NCBI GenBank assembly: GCA_034434515.1
Contig: DAOTZA010000110.1
Coordinates: 20,429-84,428 of the forward strand
Length of the DNA: 64,000 bases
From: Anaerolineales bacterium
GTDB lineage: Bacteria; Chloroflexota; Anaerolineae; Anaerolineales; UBA4823
Direction: 5' to 3'
The stretch's first letter is position 1. Each line of letters opens with the position of its first letter. Both the position numbers and the translations under genes were made by a program. Under the pieces are notes generated by a model. That model was not told the origin of the DNA and did no database searches. It saw only the letters and a program-made list of their open reading frames with translations. This document shows, in pieces, positions 19,297 through 27,058 of this stretch.

Positions 19297-20280
19297 TTAA
19301 GGTTGGTTGAAAATCTCATGATAACCGCGGTCCAACTCATCATCCGAAAGGTGAGCATAGCGTTGAGTTACAGTGATCGATTTATGCCGAGCCAATTCTT
19401 GAGCCAGTTTGATATTTCCACCCGATCCCAATAAGACCGCAGTTACAAAATAATGGCGAAAAGAATGAGGGGTAATCGTTTCCGATGCTTCATCTCCCAA
19501 AGCTATCTTTACATGCTGGTCTATGATTTGTCGCCCGGTGGTAGTTGAAATAGGCTTAATTTTTTTACCAGCCCCACGATCGTGACGGGCAAAAACGGGC
19601 AATGCGCCAATAGGCTTACCCGAAGCTCCATCGAACGGAGAACGCTCGGTCAGATATTCTTTGATTGCCTGCAAGCAACGCGTCGAGAAGCGGACAACAG
19701 CTTGCTGATCGCCTTTCCCGATAATGATAGCCTTTTGTTCTGCCCAGTCGAGATCACCGCGGCGCAAATTACAAGCCTCATGAATGCGCAAACCAGTATC
19801 AGCAAGCGTAAGGATCAGCGCCCGATCCCGTAAGAGCCGCAATCGCTCATTGGTTTTTTGAGGTAACAGTGATGTAAGATTTATTGCATATTCTATTATT
19901 TTCTCTATATATTTTCTGGGAAACTGGGGTAGGCGCTGGCCTGAACGACGTGACCGCTGTCGGATCAGAAGACGTAGATTGGGCAAATTAATCTCAATAA
20001 GTTGCGAAGCAGCCAAAAATTCGTAGAAGCGATAAATCGCTGTCAAATACAATTTTTCGGTAGCTGGGGTATAGGTACGCAGATCATCCAAGCAATCCAG
20101 GATAGCGTCTGGTTTTAGCGATGAGATTGGTGGATCTTGGAGTTTTGATTTATCCTGGATAGTTTTTTGAAAGAAGGATAGGGCATTGGCATAACTGCGG
20201 TAGGTATTTTGGCTTCTTGAGCGCTGAATCATCGCCAGGAAGTCATTCACTGCTTCTGAAAATTTAATCACTTCACTCAT
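19297..20280 (-). CDS. tyrosine recombinase / phage-type integrase
   Basis: Catalytic signature ADTGLRIHE (Arg), HSFRHYF (His-x-x-Arg) and ARHKSITVTQRYAH (His, Tyr). Start taken at MSEVIKF (ATG 20280). The longer ORF-track N-terminus is hydrophobic junk. Confidence 0.85.
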   Translation of the reverse strand: MSEVIKFSEAVNDFLAMIQRSRSQNTYRSYANALSFFQKTIQDKSKLQDPPISSLKPDAILDCLDDLRTYTPATEKLYLTAIYRFYEFLAASQLIEINLPNLRLLIRQRSRRSGQRLPQFPRKYIEKIIEYAINLTSLLPQKTNERLRLLRDRALILTLADTGLRIHEACNLRRGDLDWAEQKAIIIGKGDQQAVVRFSTRCLQAIKEYLTERSPFDGASGKPIGALPVFARHDRGAGKKIKPISTTTGRQIIDQHVKIALGDEASETITPHSFRHYFVTAVLLGSGGNIKLAQELARHKSITVTQRYAHLSDDELDRGYHEIFNQP

Positions 20281-20308
20281 TTTGCTTCTTGATTGAGAAA
20301 AATTTATA

Positions 20309-20334
20309 CTTATGATAATGATAGTTATCATAAG
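20309..20334. repeat. perfect 10-bp inverted repeat (CTTATGATAA-N6-TTATCATAAG) 29 nt upstream of the integrase start
   Basis: Read directly: arms at 20309-20318 and 20325-20334 are exact reverse complements. Lies in the AT-rich intergenic region between the integrase and the 138-aa ORF. Confidence 0.7.
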
Positions 20335-20394
20335 CATAAAGCGTAATTCTGTCAAGCGGGAAATTACTTACTTCCCTATAGGATTTTGCAGTTC

Positions 20395-20811
20395 TCATCC
20401 AAATCTTTTTTGAAACTGCAGATAAGAACCCGAATAGTCAACCCCCTTTCTGACCTTAACCATCCCTTCTAAAACTTTTCTATTTTTTCGTAACGCTTCA
20501 AACACCTCCCCCACTTTTTGAGCATCTTTTTGTTTAATTGCTTCGACAAGTTGATTTTTCGCCTTTCCTACCCAGCTCCATTCCGCTCTAAATTGATCTG
20601 CCTTCACCCAGTAATCTTTTTTCTCCCATACAGACGTCGTCTCTTGGATACTCTGTTCGATTTCATCTAGGGACAATGCAATAAAAGATGCTATATTTAT
20701 ATATTCTTCATTGCTAATTGCCTTTTCACACTCAATGATCGCTCTTCCAAGTAGCTTGAGGGCTCTTTCTCGCATTTGATAGCCGTTTTGTGTCTTTATA
20801 ATCCTGCTCAC
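20395..20811 (-). CDS. hypothetical protein (138 aa, helical, Lys/Glu-rich)
   Basis: Clean ORF co-oriented with and upstream of the integrase. No motif recognised. AT-richer than the surrounding genes by eye. Confidence 0.5.
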   Translation of the reverse strand: MSRIIKTQNGYQMRERALKLLGRAIIECEKAISNEEYINIASFIALSLDEIEQSIQETTSVWEKKDYWVKADQFRAEWSWVGKAKNQLVEAIKQKDAQKVGEVFEALRKNRKVLEGMVKVRKGVDYSGSYLQFQKRFG

Positions 20812-20848
20812 GTCATTTTCCTTGTATCGAAGGTTGGTTGGTTTTTTA

Positions 20849-20877
20849 TTGACGGAAATGCAACCCTTGCTTATAAT
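20849..20877 (+). promoter_or_regulatory. sigma-70-type promoter of tRNA-Leu (TTGACG-17-TATAAT)
   Basis: TTGACG at 20849-20854, a 17-nt spacer, and TATAAT at 20872-20877. The mature tRNA 5' end lies 12 nt downstream. Confidence 0.6.
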
Positions 20878-20888
20878 TTATTTTGCAT

Positions 20889-20970
20889 GGGGAAGTGCTG
20901 GAATTGGCAGACAGGCATGACTTAGGATCATGTGCCGCAAGGCGTGCGGGTTCAAGTCCCGCCTTCCCCA
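20889..20970 (+). tRNA. tRNA-Leu (anticodon UAG), class II with long variable arm, CCA not encoded
   Basis: Manual cloverleaf: acceptor GGGGAAG/CTTCCCC, anticodon stem CATGA/TCATG with loop CTTAGGA, a 13-nt variable arm, T arm GCGGG-TTCAAGT-CCCGC, and discriminator A. Confidence 0.9.
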
Positions 20971-21086
20971 TCTCTCTGGCGGTATCAGACGTTGCCACCC
21001 CACCCTATCGGGTCGTTTTGGAGGTGGCAAATGTGCGTCAGGAATTCATTATACATGACTGCTGATCATTTCAGCGGTTTTGACAG

Positions 21087-21284
21087 TTGACAAATGTTGC
21101 TCAATCCTTGCTCAATGATCGCCTTTTAAGTGGGTTAGCAGTAAACACTGTCAAGTACTACCACTCCAGTTTAGCAAAATTCACCAACAATTGCAAGGCT
21201 AAAACTTGTCCGACTCTCAAGTTTTTGGGTTGTCTTTCCCGATGGAGAAACACACAAAATCACTTTTTTATTCTCTTGATATAA
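21087..21284 (+). pseudogene. possible remnant of an integrase N-terminal (SAM-like) domain
   Basis: 65-aa TTG-initiated ORF just 3' of tRNA-Leu. The stretch LSGLAVNTVKYYHSSLAKF resembles the core-binding domain of tyrosine recombinases. No catalytic domain follows. Weak call. Confidence 0.25.
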
Positions 21285-21371
21285 TTTATACATTCCGTTA
21301 ATCGACGCATGATATAATCATGCGAACAGTGTAAAACCAATCTGATATCCTAGCTGAAGGTAAGATAAGCC

Positions 21372-22823
21372 TTGAAAGTTGAAACTACGCCCTTAGAAAA
21401 CCGAGTATTAAAAGTGGTGGTCGAAGCCACCCCTGAAGAAACAGAAACCGCTCGCCGCACTGCAGCCCTTAAACTAGGGAAGAAAGTTCGTGTTCCCGGT
21501 TTTCGGCCCGGAAAAGCGCCTTATCCGATACTTCTCAAACATCTCGATCCATTCCTTCTTCAGGAAGAAACCATCGAAGTTTTCATTGATAAAGCATATC
21601 CGGAGATCCTGAAGCAGGAAAAGATTGAACCTTTTGATCAGGGCAGATTGGAATCCATCCTTGAGCTCGATCCTCTGAAATTAGAGATACATATTCCTCT
21701 CAAGCCTCTGGTTGATCTGGGAGATTATCGTTCTATTCGGATTCCCTATGAACCGCCAGTAGTCACCGATGAGGATGTAGACAAAGAATTGGATCGATTG
21801 CGGCAACAAAATCCTCTCATTGAACCGGTGGAGCGCCCCATCCAAGAAGGTGATGTCGTTTTTGTTGACCTGATTAGCTATCGCAAAGAAAATGGAGAGA
21901 TTACCGATCAAATCATTCTAGACCAAAAGGACATCCCGCTCCAAGTGTTTCCTGAAAACAAAAAAGACTTTTGGGAGTATCCATTCCAGGGATTTAGCAA
22001 AGTATTAATTGGCAAACAAGCCCACGACCAGTTTAGTATTGATTACCATTTTCCAGAAGATTCCCCCAGCTTTTCCTTCAAAGGGATGGATGTTCATTTT
22101 GAGGTCACCATCAAACAAGTCAAAGCTCAAATCTTACCCGACCTAGACGATGAGTTTGCTCAATCGGTCGGGGAATATTCCTCAATTAATGAGTTAAGAA
22201 CCGCTGTCCGTTCGCTTCTTGAGCAACAAGCCAAAGAAGAATATCTAGAGGAGTTTGATTCAAAAGTTATGCAAGAAGTAATCAATTGCTCCACCTTTGA
22301 ATATCCACTGGAAATATTTGAAAGCGAGCGGAATGCTTACCTTGACGAATTAAGAAAGCGTTTAGAGAAACTCAAAATAGATCTTGATCTTTATAAAAAA
22401 ATCCGAGGCCTTACTGAGGAGCAGTTTGAGGAAGAGCTAAAAGAAGTCGTAGACCGCCGCATAAAATCCTCATTGGCTTTATTAGAAATTGCTAAGAAAG
22501 AAGATGTTAACATTGATCCGTACAAAGCTCTTGAGAACACCCAAAAGGCAATGCAAATTTTTCTCGAAAATCCCAAAGATACGCATATCCCTAAACAACT
22601 GTTAGAAGAGCTTGCCCATCGACTCTCCCAACGAAATTTGATCGATCAAGTATACAATAGCGCTGTTGAAAGACTGAGACAGATCGCTAAGGGTGAAATA
22701 CATAATGAAGAAATTCTGTCCAAACCAGATGACTCAGGGAGCGAAGAAATTCGTGAATCGGAAATAGCGGCTGAAAATGTGCCCCAAGAAAATTTTGCCA
22801 ATGACAAATCCGGTTTGGAATAA
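21372..22823 (+). CDS. tig: trigger factor
   Basis: TTG start. The N-terminal ribosome-binding motif region (GFRPGKAP) and a long acidic C-terminus are typical. Sits immediately upstream of clpP, as in many bacteria. Confidence 0.93.
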   Translation: MKVETTPLENRVLKVVVEATPEETETARRTAALKLGKKVRVPGFRPGKAPYPILLKHLDPFLLQEETIEVFIDKAYPEILKQEKIEPFDQGRLESILELDPLKLEIHIPLKPLVDLGDYRSIRIPYEPPVVTDEDVDKELDRLRQQNPLIEPVERPIQEGDVVFVDLISYRKENGEITDQIILDQKDIPLQVFPENKKDFWEYPFQGFSKVLIGKQAHDQFSIDYHFPEDSPSFSFKGMDVHFEVTIKQVKAQILPDLDDEFAQSVGEYSSINELRTAVRSLLEQQAKEEYLEEFDSKVMQEVINCSTFEYPLEIFESERNAYLDELRKRLEKLKIDLDLYKKIRGLTEEQFEEELKEVVDRRIKSSLALLEIAKKEDVNIDPYKALENTQKAMQIFLENPKDTHIPKQLLEELAHRLSQRNLIDQVYNSAVERLRQIAKGEIHNEEILSKPDDSGSEEIRESEIAAENVPQENFANDKSGLE

Positions 22824-22874
22824 TTAAATCTATGGAACGTTTATAAAATTCGAATTGGTAGAAGGACAGGAAAA

Positions 22875-23507
22875 ATGACAAAAATACTCTCCCCTACATC
22901 CTTAATTCCGATGGTTATCGAAACCTCCGGTCATGGTGAGCGGGCTTACGACATCTATTCTTTACTGCTTAAAAATCGCATCGTCTTTCTGGGGACACCG
23001 ATCAACGATCAGGTTTCTAATCTGATTGTTGCCCAATTGCTTTATCTGAGCAGCGAAGATCCCGAAAGCCCTATCCAGATGTATATTAACTCGCCAGGTG
23101 GTCAAGTGTACGCCGGTATGGCTATTTACGACACAATGCAAATGATACCCAATCCAATCAGCACTCTGGCAGTGGGAATGACTGCTTCGTTCGGCACAGT
23201 TCTGCTAACAGCCGGCACAAAGGGGCAGCGCTATGCCCTACCCCATGCTACGATCCATATGCATCAACCGTTGGGTGGCGCGCAGGGACAGGCATCTGAC
23301 ATCGAGATTCAAGCGAAAGAGATTCTGCGTCTGAAATCTCGTTTGAATGAAATCTTGTCATTGCATACCGGTCAAAGCATTGAAACGATTGAGAAGGACA
23401 CCGAGCGTGATTTCTATCTGACAGCCCAACAGGCCGTTGAGTATGGCATAGTCGATCAAGTCATGGAGATTCCTGAAGCAAAGCGGTTAGTCCCGCAACC
23501 GAAATAA
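22875..23507 (+). CDS. clpP: ATP-dependent Clp protease proteolytic subunit
   Basis: Catalytic Ser context GMTASFG and the His context IHMHQPLGG. The overall sequence is highly canonical. Confidence 0.96.
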   Translation: MTKILSPTSLIPMVIETSGHGERAYDIYSLLLKNRIVFLGTPINDQVSNLIVAQLLYLSSEDPESPIQMYINSPGGQVYAGMAIYDTMQMIPNPISTLAVGMTASFGTVLLTAGTKGQRYALPHATIHMHQPLGGAQGQASDIEIQAKEILRLKSRLNEILSLHTGQSIETIEKDTERDFYLTAQQAVEYGIVDQVMEIPEAKRLVPQPK

Positions 23508-23550
23508 GTTGTTCAAATTCAACAAATGAAACATAGAGACCTGACCTTGA

Positions 23551-23586
23551 GAGAGCGGTGAACGAAACCTTGTGTCACCGGCTCTC
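23551..23586 (+). terminator. 11-bp (one bulge) hairpin after clpP, possible terminator without a clean U-tract
   Basis: GAGAGCGGTGA (23551-23561) pairs with TCACCGGCTCTC (23575-23586). It is followed by a C/T-rich run, not a pure T run. Confidence 0.35.
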
Positions 23587-23619
23587 TCTCACCATCTCTC
23601 ACTCTCAGCGGAACAGACG

Positions 23620-24420
23620 ATGAACCTACCCAAAAAGAATTCCATTAAAGCCCTAATTGTTGACATGGACGGAGTTTTATGGCGTCAATCTCAACCGATT
23701 GGAAATCTGGCGCGTATCTTCGATAAGATCAACGCCAAAGGTTTAAAGATAACTTTAGCCACCAATAACGCTACCCTGACCGTTGAACAATACCTCCAAA
23801 AATTAGCTTCATTTGGGGTCGCCCTGTCGCCTGATCAAATCGTCAACTCACCTCAAGCGGCAGCGATGTACATGGTAAAACATTTTCCTCCTGGTAGCCC
23901 TATCTACTTGATCGGTAGAGATGGATTACGTCAAGAAATGCTCAAACACGGATATCAGATTGCTAACGGGCAAGAAAATCAAGCTGTTGTAGCAGTCGTC
24001 GTTGGAATGGACTGGGAATTGAGATTTGAACAGCTATGCCAGGCAACACTACTACTGCGAGCTGGTGCAGAATTCATTGCCACAAACGGCGATCGCACCT
24101 TTCCAACTCCACAGGGTCTTGTTCCAGGCGTTGGAGCAATTTTGGCTTTACTAGAAACAGCCAGTGAGAAAAAACCGGTTATTGTTGGAAAACCCGATCC
24201 TCTCATGTACCAGATTGCTCTTGAAAGAATGAATGTTCAGCCATCCGAATGTTTGGTGGTTGGCGATCGTCTGGAAACGGATATTCTCGGTGGGCATCAA
24301 CTTGGTTCTCAAACTGCGCTGGTTCTTTCTGGAGTATCCACACTCGAACAAGCCAAAGCATGGTATCCACCACCCCATCATATCTGTCAGACTTTTGAAG
24401 AAGTGATCGACCAACTCTAA
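23620..24420 (+). CDS. HAD-IIA family hydrolase (NagD/sugar-phosphatase-like)
   Basis: Motif I IVDMDGVLW and motif IV VGDRLETDI. Start taken at ATG 23620, because the GTG at 23572 lies inside the preceding hairpin. Confidence 0.8.
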   Translation: MNLPKKNSIKALIVDMDGVLWRQSQPIGNLARIFDKINAKGLKITLATNNATLTVEQYLQKLASFGVALSPDQIVNSPQAAAMYMVKHFPPGSPIYLIGRDGLRQEMLKHGYQIANGQENQAVVAVVVGMDWELRFEQLCQATLLLRAGAEFIATNGDRTFPTPQGLVPGVGAILALLETASEKKPVIVGKPDPLMYQIALERMNVQPSECLVVGDRLETDILGGHQLGSQTALVLSGVSTLEQAKAWYPPPHHICQTFEEVIDQL

Positions 24421-24427
24421 AAAGTAT

Positions 24428-25483
24428 ATGAGGGATAAACGACCCTTAATCTTTGACCTTTCTCACAAAGAGTTAAGCAATATTTTTGAAGAATGGGGCG
24501 AACCAAGCTATCGGGTAAGGCAACTCTGGGATGGACTGTATCGTAACCTCTGGAATAATGCAGAGCAATTTACCGTTTTTCCAAGACCTCTGCGCAAAAA
24601 GCTTGGCAGCTATTTTGCATTTGAATCGATATTTGCTGAGAAAGAATCAATTGCCGACAATAAAAAAACCAGAAAAATTCTCTTCCACACCCCTCTAGGG
24701 AATCCTATCGAGGCAGTTTTACTGCAGACTTTAGACCGATATACGTTATGCATTTCATCCCAATCGGGGTGCGGTATGGGATGTGTCTTCTGCGCTACAG
24801 GTCAAATGGGGTTTATAGCAAATCTCAGCAGCGGTCAAATCATTGAGCAGGTGCTGCATTTTGCTCGTTTATTGAATCAAGACCATAAAACGTTGTCCAA
24901 TATCGTTGTGATGGGTATGGGGGAACCATTTCTCAATTTTGAGAACGTAATCAGAGCCCTTGCTCAATTAAATGACCCGACCGGTTTCAACTTTGGCGAG
25001 CGGCGTTTTACCATTTCGACCGTTGGAGTTGTACCAGTGATCCGCAAATTTGCCGCCTTAAAACGGCAGATCAACCTGGCGATTTCTCTCCACGCTGCAG
25101 ACGACGAACTGCGTTCCGAACTATTGCCAATCAATCGCAAATACCCCCTAAATACGCTATTGGAAGCATGCCGCGAATATGTACATTTAACAAAACGCCG
25201 CCTCAGCTTTGAGTGGGTGATGATTAAGAATGTAAATGATTCGGTCGAACAAGCTTATCGTTTGTCAAAATTGCTTAAGGGTTTGCTCTGCCATGTAAAC
25301 CTCATCCCGCTTAACCCGACGGAGGGTTACAGCGGCCAGGCTCCAGCGAAACAGCGAATCAAGGAATTTAAAGCTATTCTGGAACAACAGAATATTCCCT
25401 GCACCATACGCATACCTCGAGGCATTTCCATTCATGCCGGCTGTGGGCAACTTGCCGGTTTTCATCAAAGACAAAGTCATTAA
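24428..25483 (+). CDS. rlmN: 23S rRNA/tRNA adenine-C2 methyltransferase RlmN (radical SAM)
   Basis: SSQSGCGMGCVFCATG radical-SAM cluster motif, and the C-terminal GISIHAGCGQL with the second catalytic Cys. Confidence 0.93.
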   Translation: MRDKRPLIFDLSHKELSNIFEEWGEPSYRVRQLWDGLYRNLWNNAEQFTVFPRPLRKKLGSYFAFESIFAEKESIADNKKTRKILFHTPLGNPIEAVLLQTLDRYTLCISSQSGCGMGCVFCATGQMGFIANLSSGQIIEQVLHFARLLNQDHKTLSNIVVMGMGEPFLNFENVIRALAQLNDPTGFNFGERRFTISTVGVVPVIRKFAALKRQINLAISLHAADDELRSELLPINRKYPLNTLLEACREYVHLTKRRLSFEWVMIKNVNDSVEQAYRLSKLLKGLLCHVNLIPLNPTEGYSGQAPAKQRIKEFKAILEQQNIPCTIRIPRGISIHAGCGQLAGFHQRQSH

Positions 25484-25611
25484 CCTTGTGCTAAAATGTT
25501 GATACCTTTATCAGGATAAGAAGAGCGGTAAAAATTTTGCCGTTCACCGCTTTCAATTGTGTTTCCGCTTTTCTCGGGTTATACTTGGTAATAAAGAAAT
25601 ATGGAGGCAGC

Positions 25612-25845
25612 ATGAGTACACATCAACTGGTGAGACTCATTTATCCACCCAATCTTCTCCGTGTTCCGGTGATCAATCAATTAATTAAGGAGTTTGACAT
25701 CACGGTAAATATCCTGCGCGCTCAAATCGATAACCAAAACGGTTGGATAGAAATCCAACTCAGTGGAAACATTCACGTCATCGAAGAAGCGATTCAATGG
25801 TTGATGCAGCAAGGCATCAAAGTAGAATTTATAAAGGACACCTGA
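25612..25845 (+). CDS. NIL-domain protein (stand-alone, 77 aa)
   Basis: The sequence PVINQLIKEFDITVNILRAQI...GWIEIQLSG resembles the NIL domain at the C-terminus of MetN-type ABC ATPases. GGAGG lies 7 nt before ATG 25612. Confidence 0.65.
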   Translation: MSTHQLVRLIYPPNLLRVPVINQLIKEFDITVNILRAQIDNQNGWIEIQLSGNIHVIEEAIQWLMQQGIKVEFIKDT

Positions 25846-25872
25846 TACCCTCCTCGTGAATGATTCTAGTTT

Positions 25873-26586
25873 ATGGAAGTCCAAATAGCGGTTTCGAAAA
25901 TTCCCAAGTTCGGCATCCGTGAAAGCGGTGATACAGTAGAGGTTATCGAACGTCCACAGGGTGGAATTTCGGTTGTGCTGTCCGACGGACAGACTTCGGG
26001 GCGGGGTGCGAAATCCGTGTCAAACCTGGTCGTTCGGAAAGTGATCTCCTTGCTGGCTGAAGGAGTCCGAGATGGAGCAGCAGCCAGAGCAGCTTCAGAT
26101 TATCTCTATACGCACCGAGAAGGGAAAGTATCTGCAACCCTTAATATCTGCTCTGTTGACCTGGTAACGAAAACACTTGTAATTACCCGCAACAATCCAG
26201 CGCCGGTGATTCTTTTCGACAATCAGCAGCTCCGAATCTTCGATGAAGAGAGCAAACCGGTTGGCATCTATCGAGACACCAGGCCCGTCATTGTTGAGGT
26301 GAGTCTTGCGGTTGGATTATGTGCCATTATTTTCTCCGATGGCTTGACACATGCTGGATCAAGAAATGGTAACCTCATTGACCTCTTTTCTGTGTTAAAC
26401 CAATTCGGCAATAATCCGCATGATCCACCTCAGGTTATCGCCGATAATCTCCTTCAAAAAGCTATCCAACAGGATGAAGGCAAACCTTCTGATGATATCA
26501 GCATTGTGGTTATTAAAGTGTTTCCTTACCAAGGAGATCAAACTCGACGAATGCTTGTCCGATTACCCCTGAATAACGGTGGATAG
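25873..26586 (+). CDS. SpoIIE/PP2C-like serine phosphatase family protein
   Basis: SGD..V....GG..VVLSDGQTSGRGA and the later FSDGLTHAG match the metal-binding Asp-Gly motifs of SpoIIE-type PPM phosphatases. Confidence 0.65.
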   Translation: MEVQIAVSKIPKFGIRESGDTVEVIERPQGGISVVLSDGQTSGRGAKSVSNLVVRKVISLLAEGVRDGAAARAASDYLYTHREGKVSATLNICSVDLVTKTLVITRNNPAPVILFDNQQLRIFDEESKPVGIYRDTRPVIVEVSLAVGLCAIIFSDGLTHAGSRNGNLIDLFSVLNQFGNNPHDPPQVIADNLLQKAIQQDEGKPSDDISIVVIKVFPYQGDQTRRMLVRLPLNNGG

Positions 26587-26600
26587 CCCAATAAACTGGC

Positions 26601-26960
26601 ATGATGAGCGTTTGCATTGGCGTCGTAGGACCCTGTGCGGCTGGCAAAACTACTTTGGTAAAAAAATTAAGGGAATTAGGTTATAACGTCCGACATATTG
26701 CCCAAGAACACTCATATGTTCCGGATATGTGGAAGCAAATTACTAACCCGGATATCTTGATTTTCCTTGACGTCAATTACCCCAATACCCTCCTTCGCAA
26801 AAAACTCGGTTGGACTCTGCAAGAATATCGAGAGCAACTCCAACGCCTAGCTCATGCCCGCCAGCATGCGGATCTCATTATCGATACCAATTCACTTACC
26901 GAAGACGAAGTATCCCAGCTTGCAATCAATTTTATTGAGAATTGGAAAAGAGAAAGATAG
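26601..26960 (+). CDS. small P-loop NTPase/kinase-like protein (119 aa)
   Basis: Walker A GPCAAGKTTL at the N-terminus and a Walker-B-like ILIFLD. No further assignment possible. Confidence 0.6.
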   Translation: MMSVCIGVVGPCAAGKTTLVKKLRELGYNVRHIAQEHSYVPDMWKQITNPDILIFLDVNYPNTLLRKKLGWTLQEYREQLQRLAHARQHADLIIDTNSLTEDEVSQLAINFIENWKRER

Positions 26961-26996
26961 ACGCGTTCAGAAAATAGGAGTATAATCGCCCTGCTA

Positions 26997-27038
26997 GCCA
27001 GCCAGAGGCGCGCCAGGGCAATGGCTGGCATTTGTTTG
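26997..27038 (+). terminator. hairpin plus T-rich tail after the P-loop gene
   Basis: GCCAGCC (26997-27003) pairs with GGCTGGC (27023-27029), followed by ATTTGTTT. A competing pairing GCCCTG (26988-26993) / CAGGGC (27014-27019) also exists. Confidence 0.45.
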
Positions 27039-27058
27039 AATATGGAGGTCCCGACTTT

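Noticed and set aside
20883-21065. 60-aa ORF covering tRNA-Leu
   Set aside because: The sequence folds into a canonical class II tRNA cloverleaf, so the ORF is an artefact. The same applies to ORFs 36062-36268 and 36099-36296 over tRNA-His.
19297-21371. Calling the recombinase region an intact prophage or integrative element
   Set aside because: Only two genes plus a fragment are present. The intact integrase lies on the 5' side of the tRNA rather than the 3' side. No att-like direct repeat of the tRNA 3' end is visible in the window. It is reported only as a probable remnant.
26981-26986. TATAAT upstream of secD as a promoter with a riboswitch-like leader
   Set aside because: No convincing -35 lies at 16-18 nt. 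The following hairpin/T-tract is more simply explained as the terminator of the preceding three-gene unit. It is listed as a terminator at modest confidence only.
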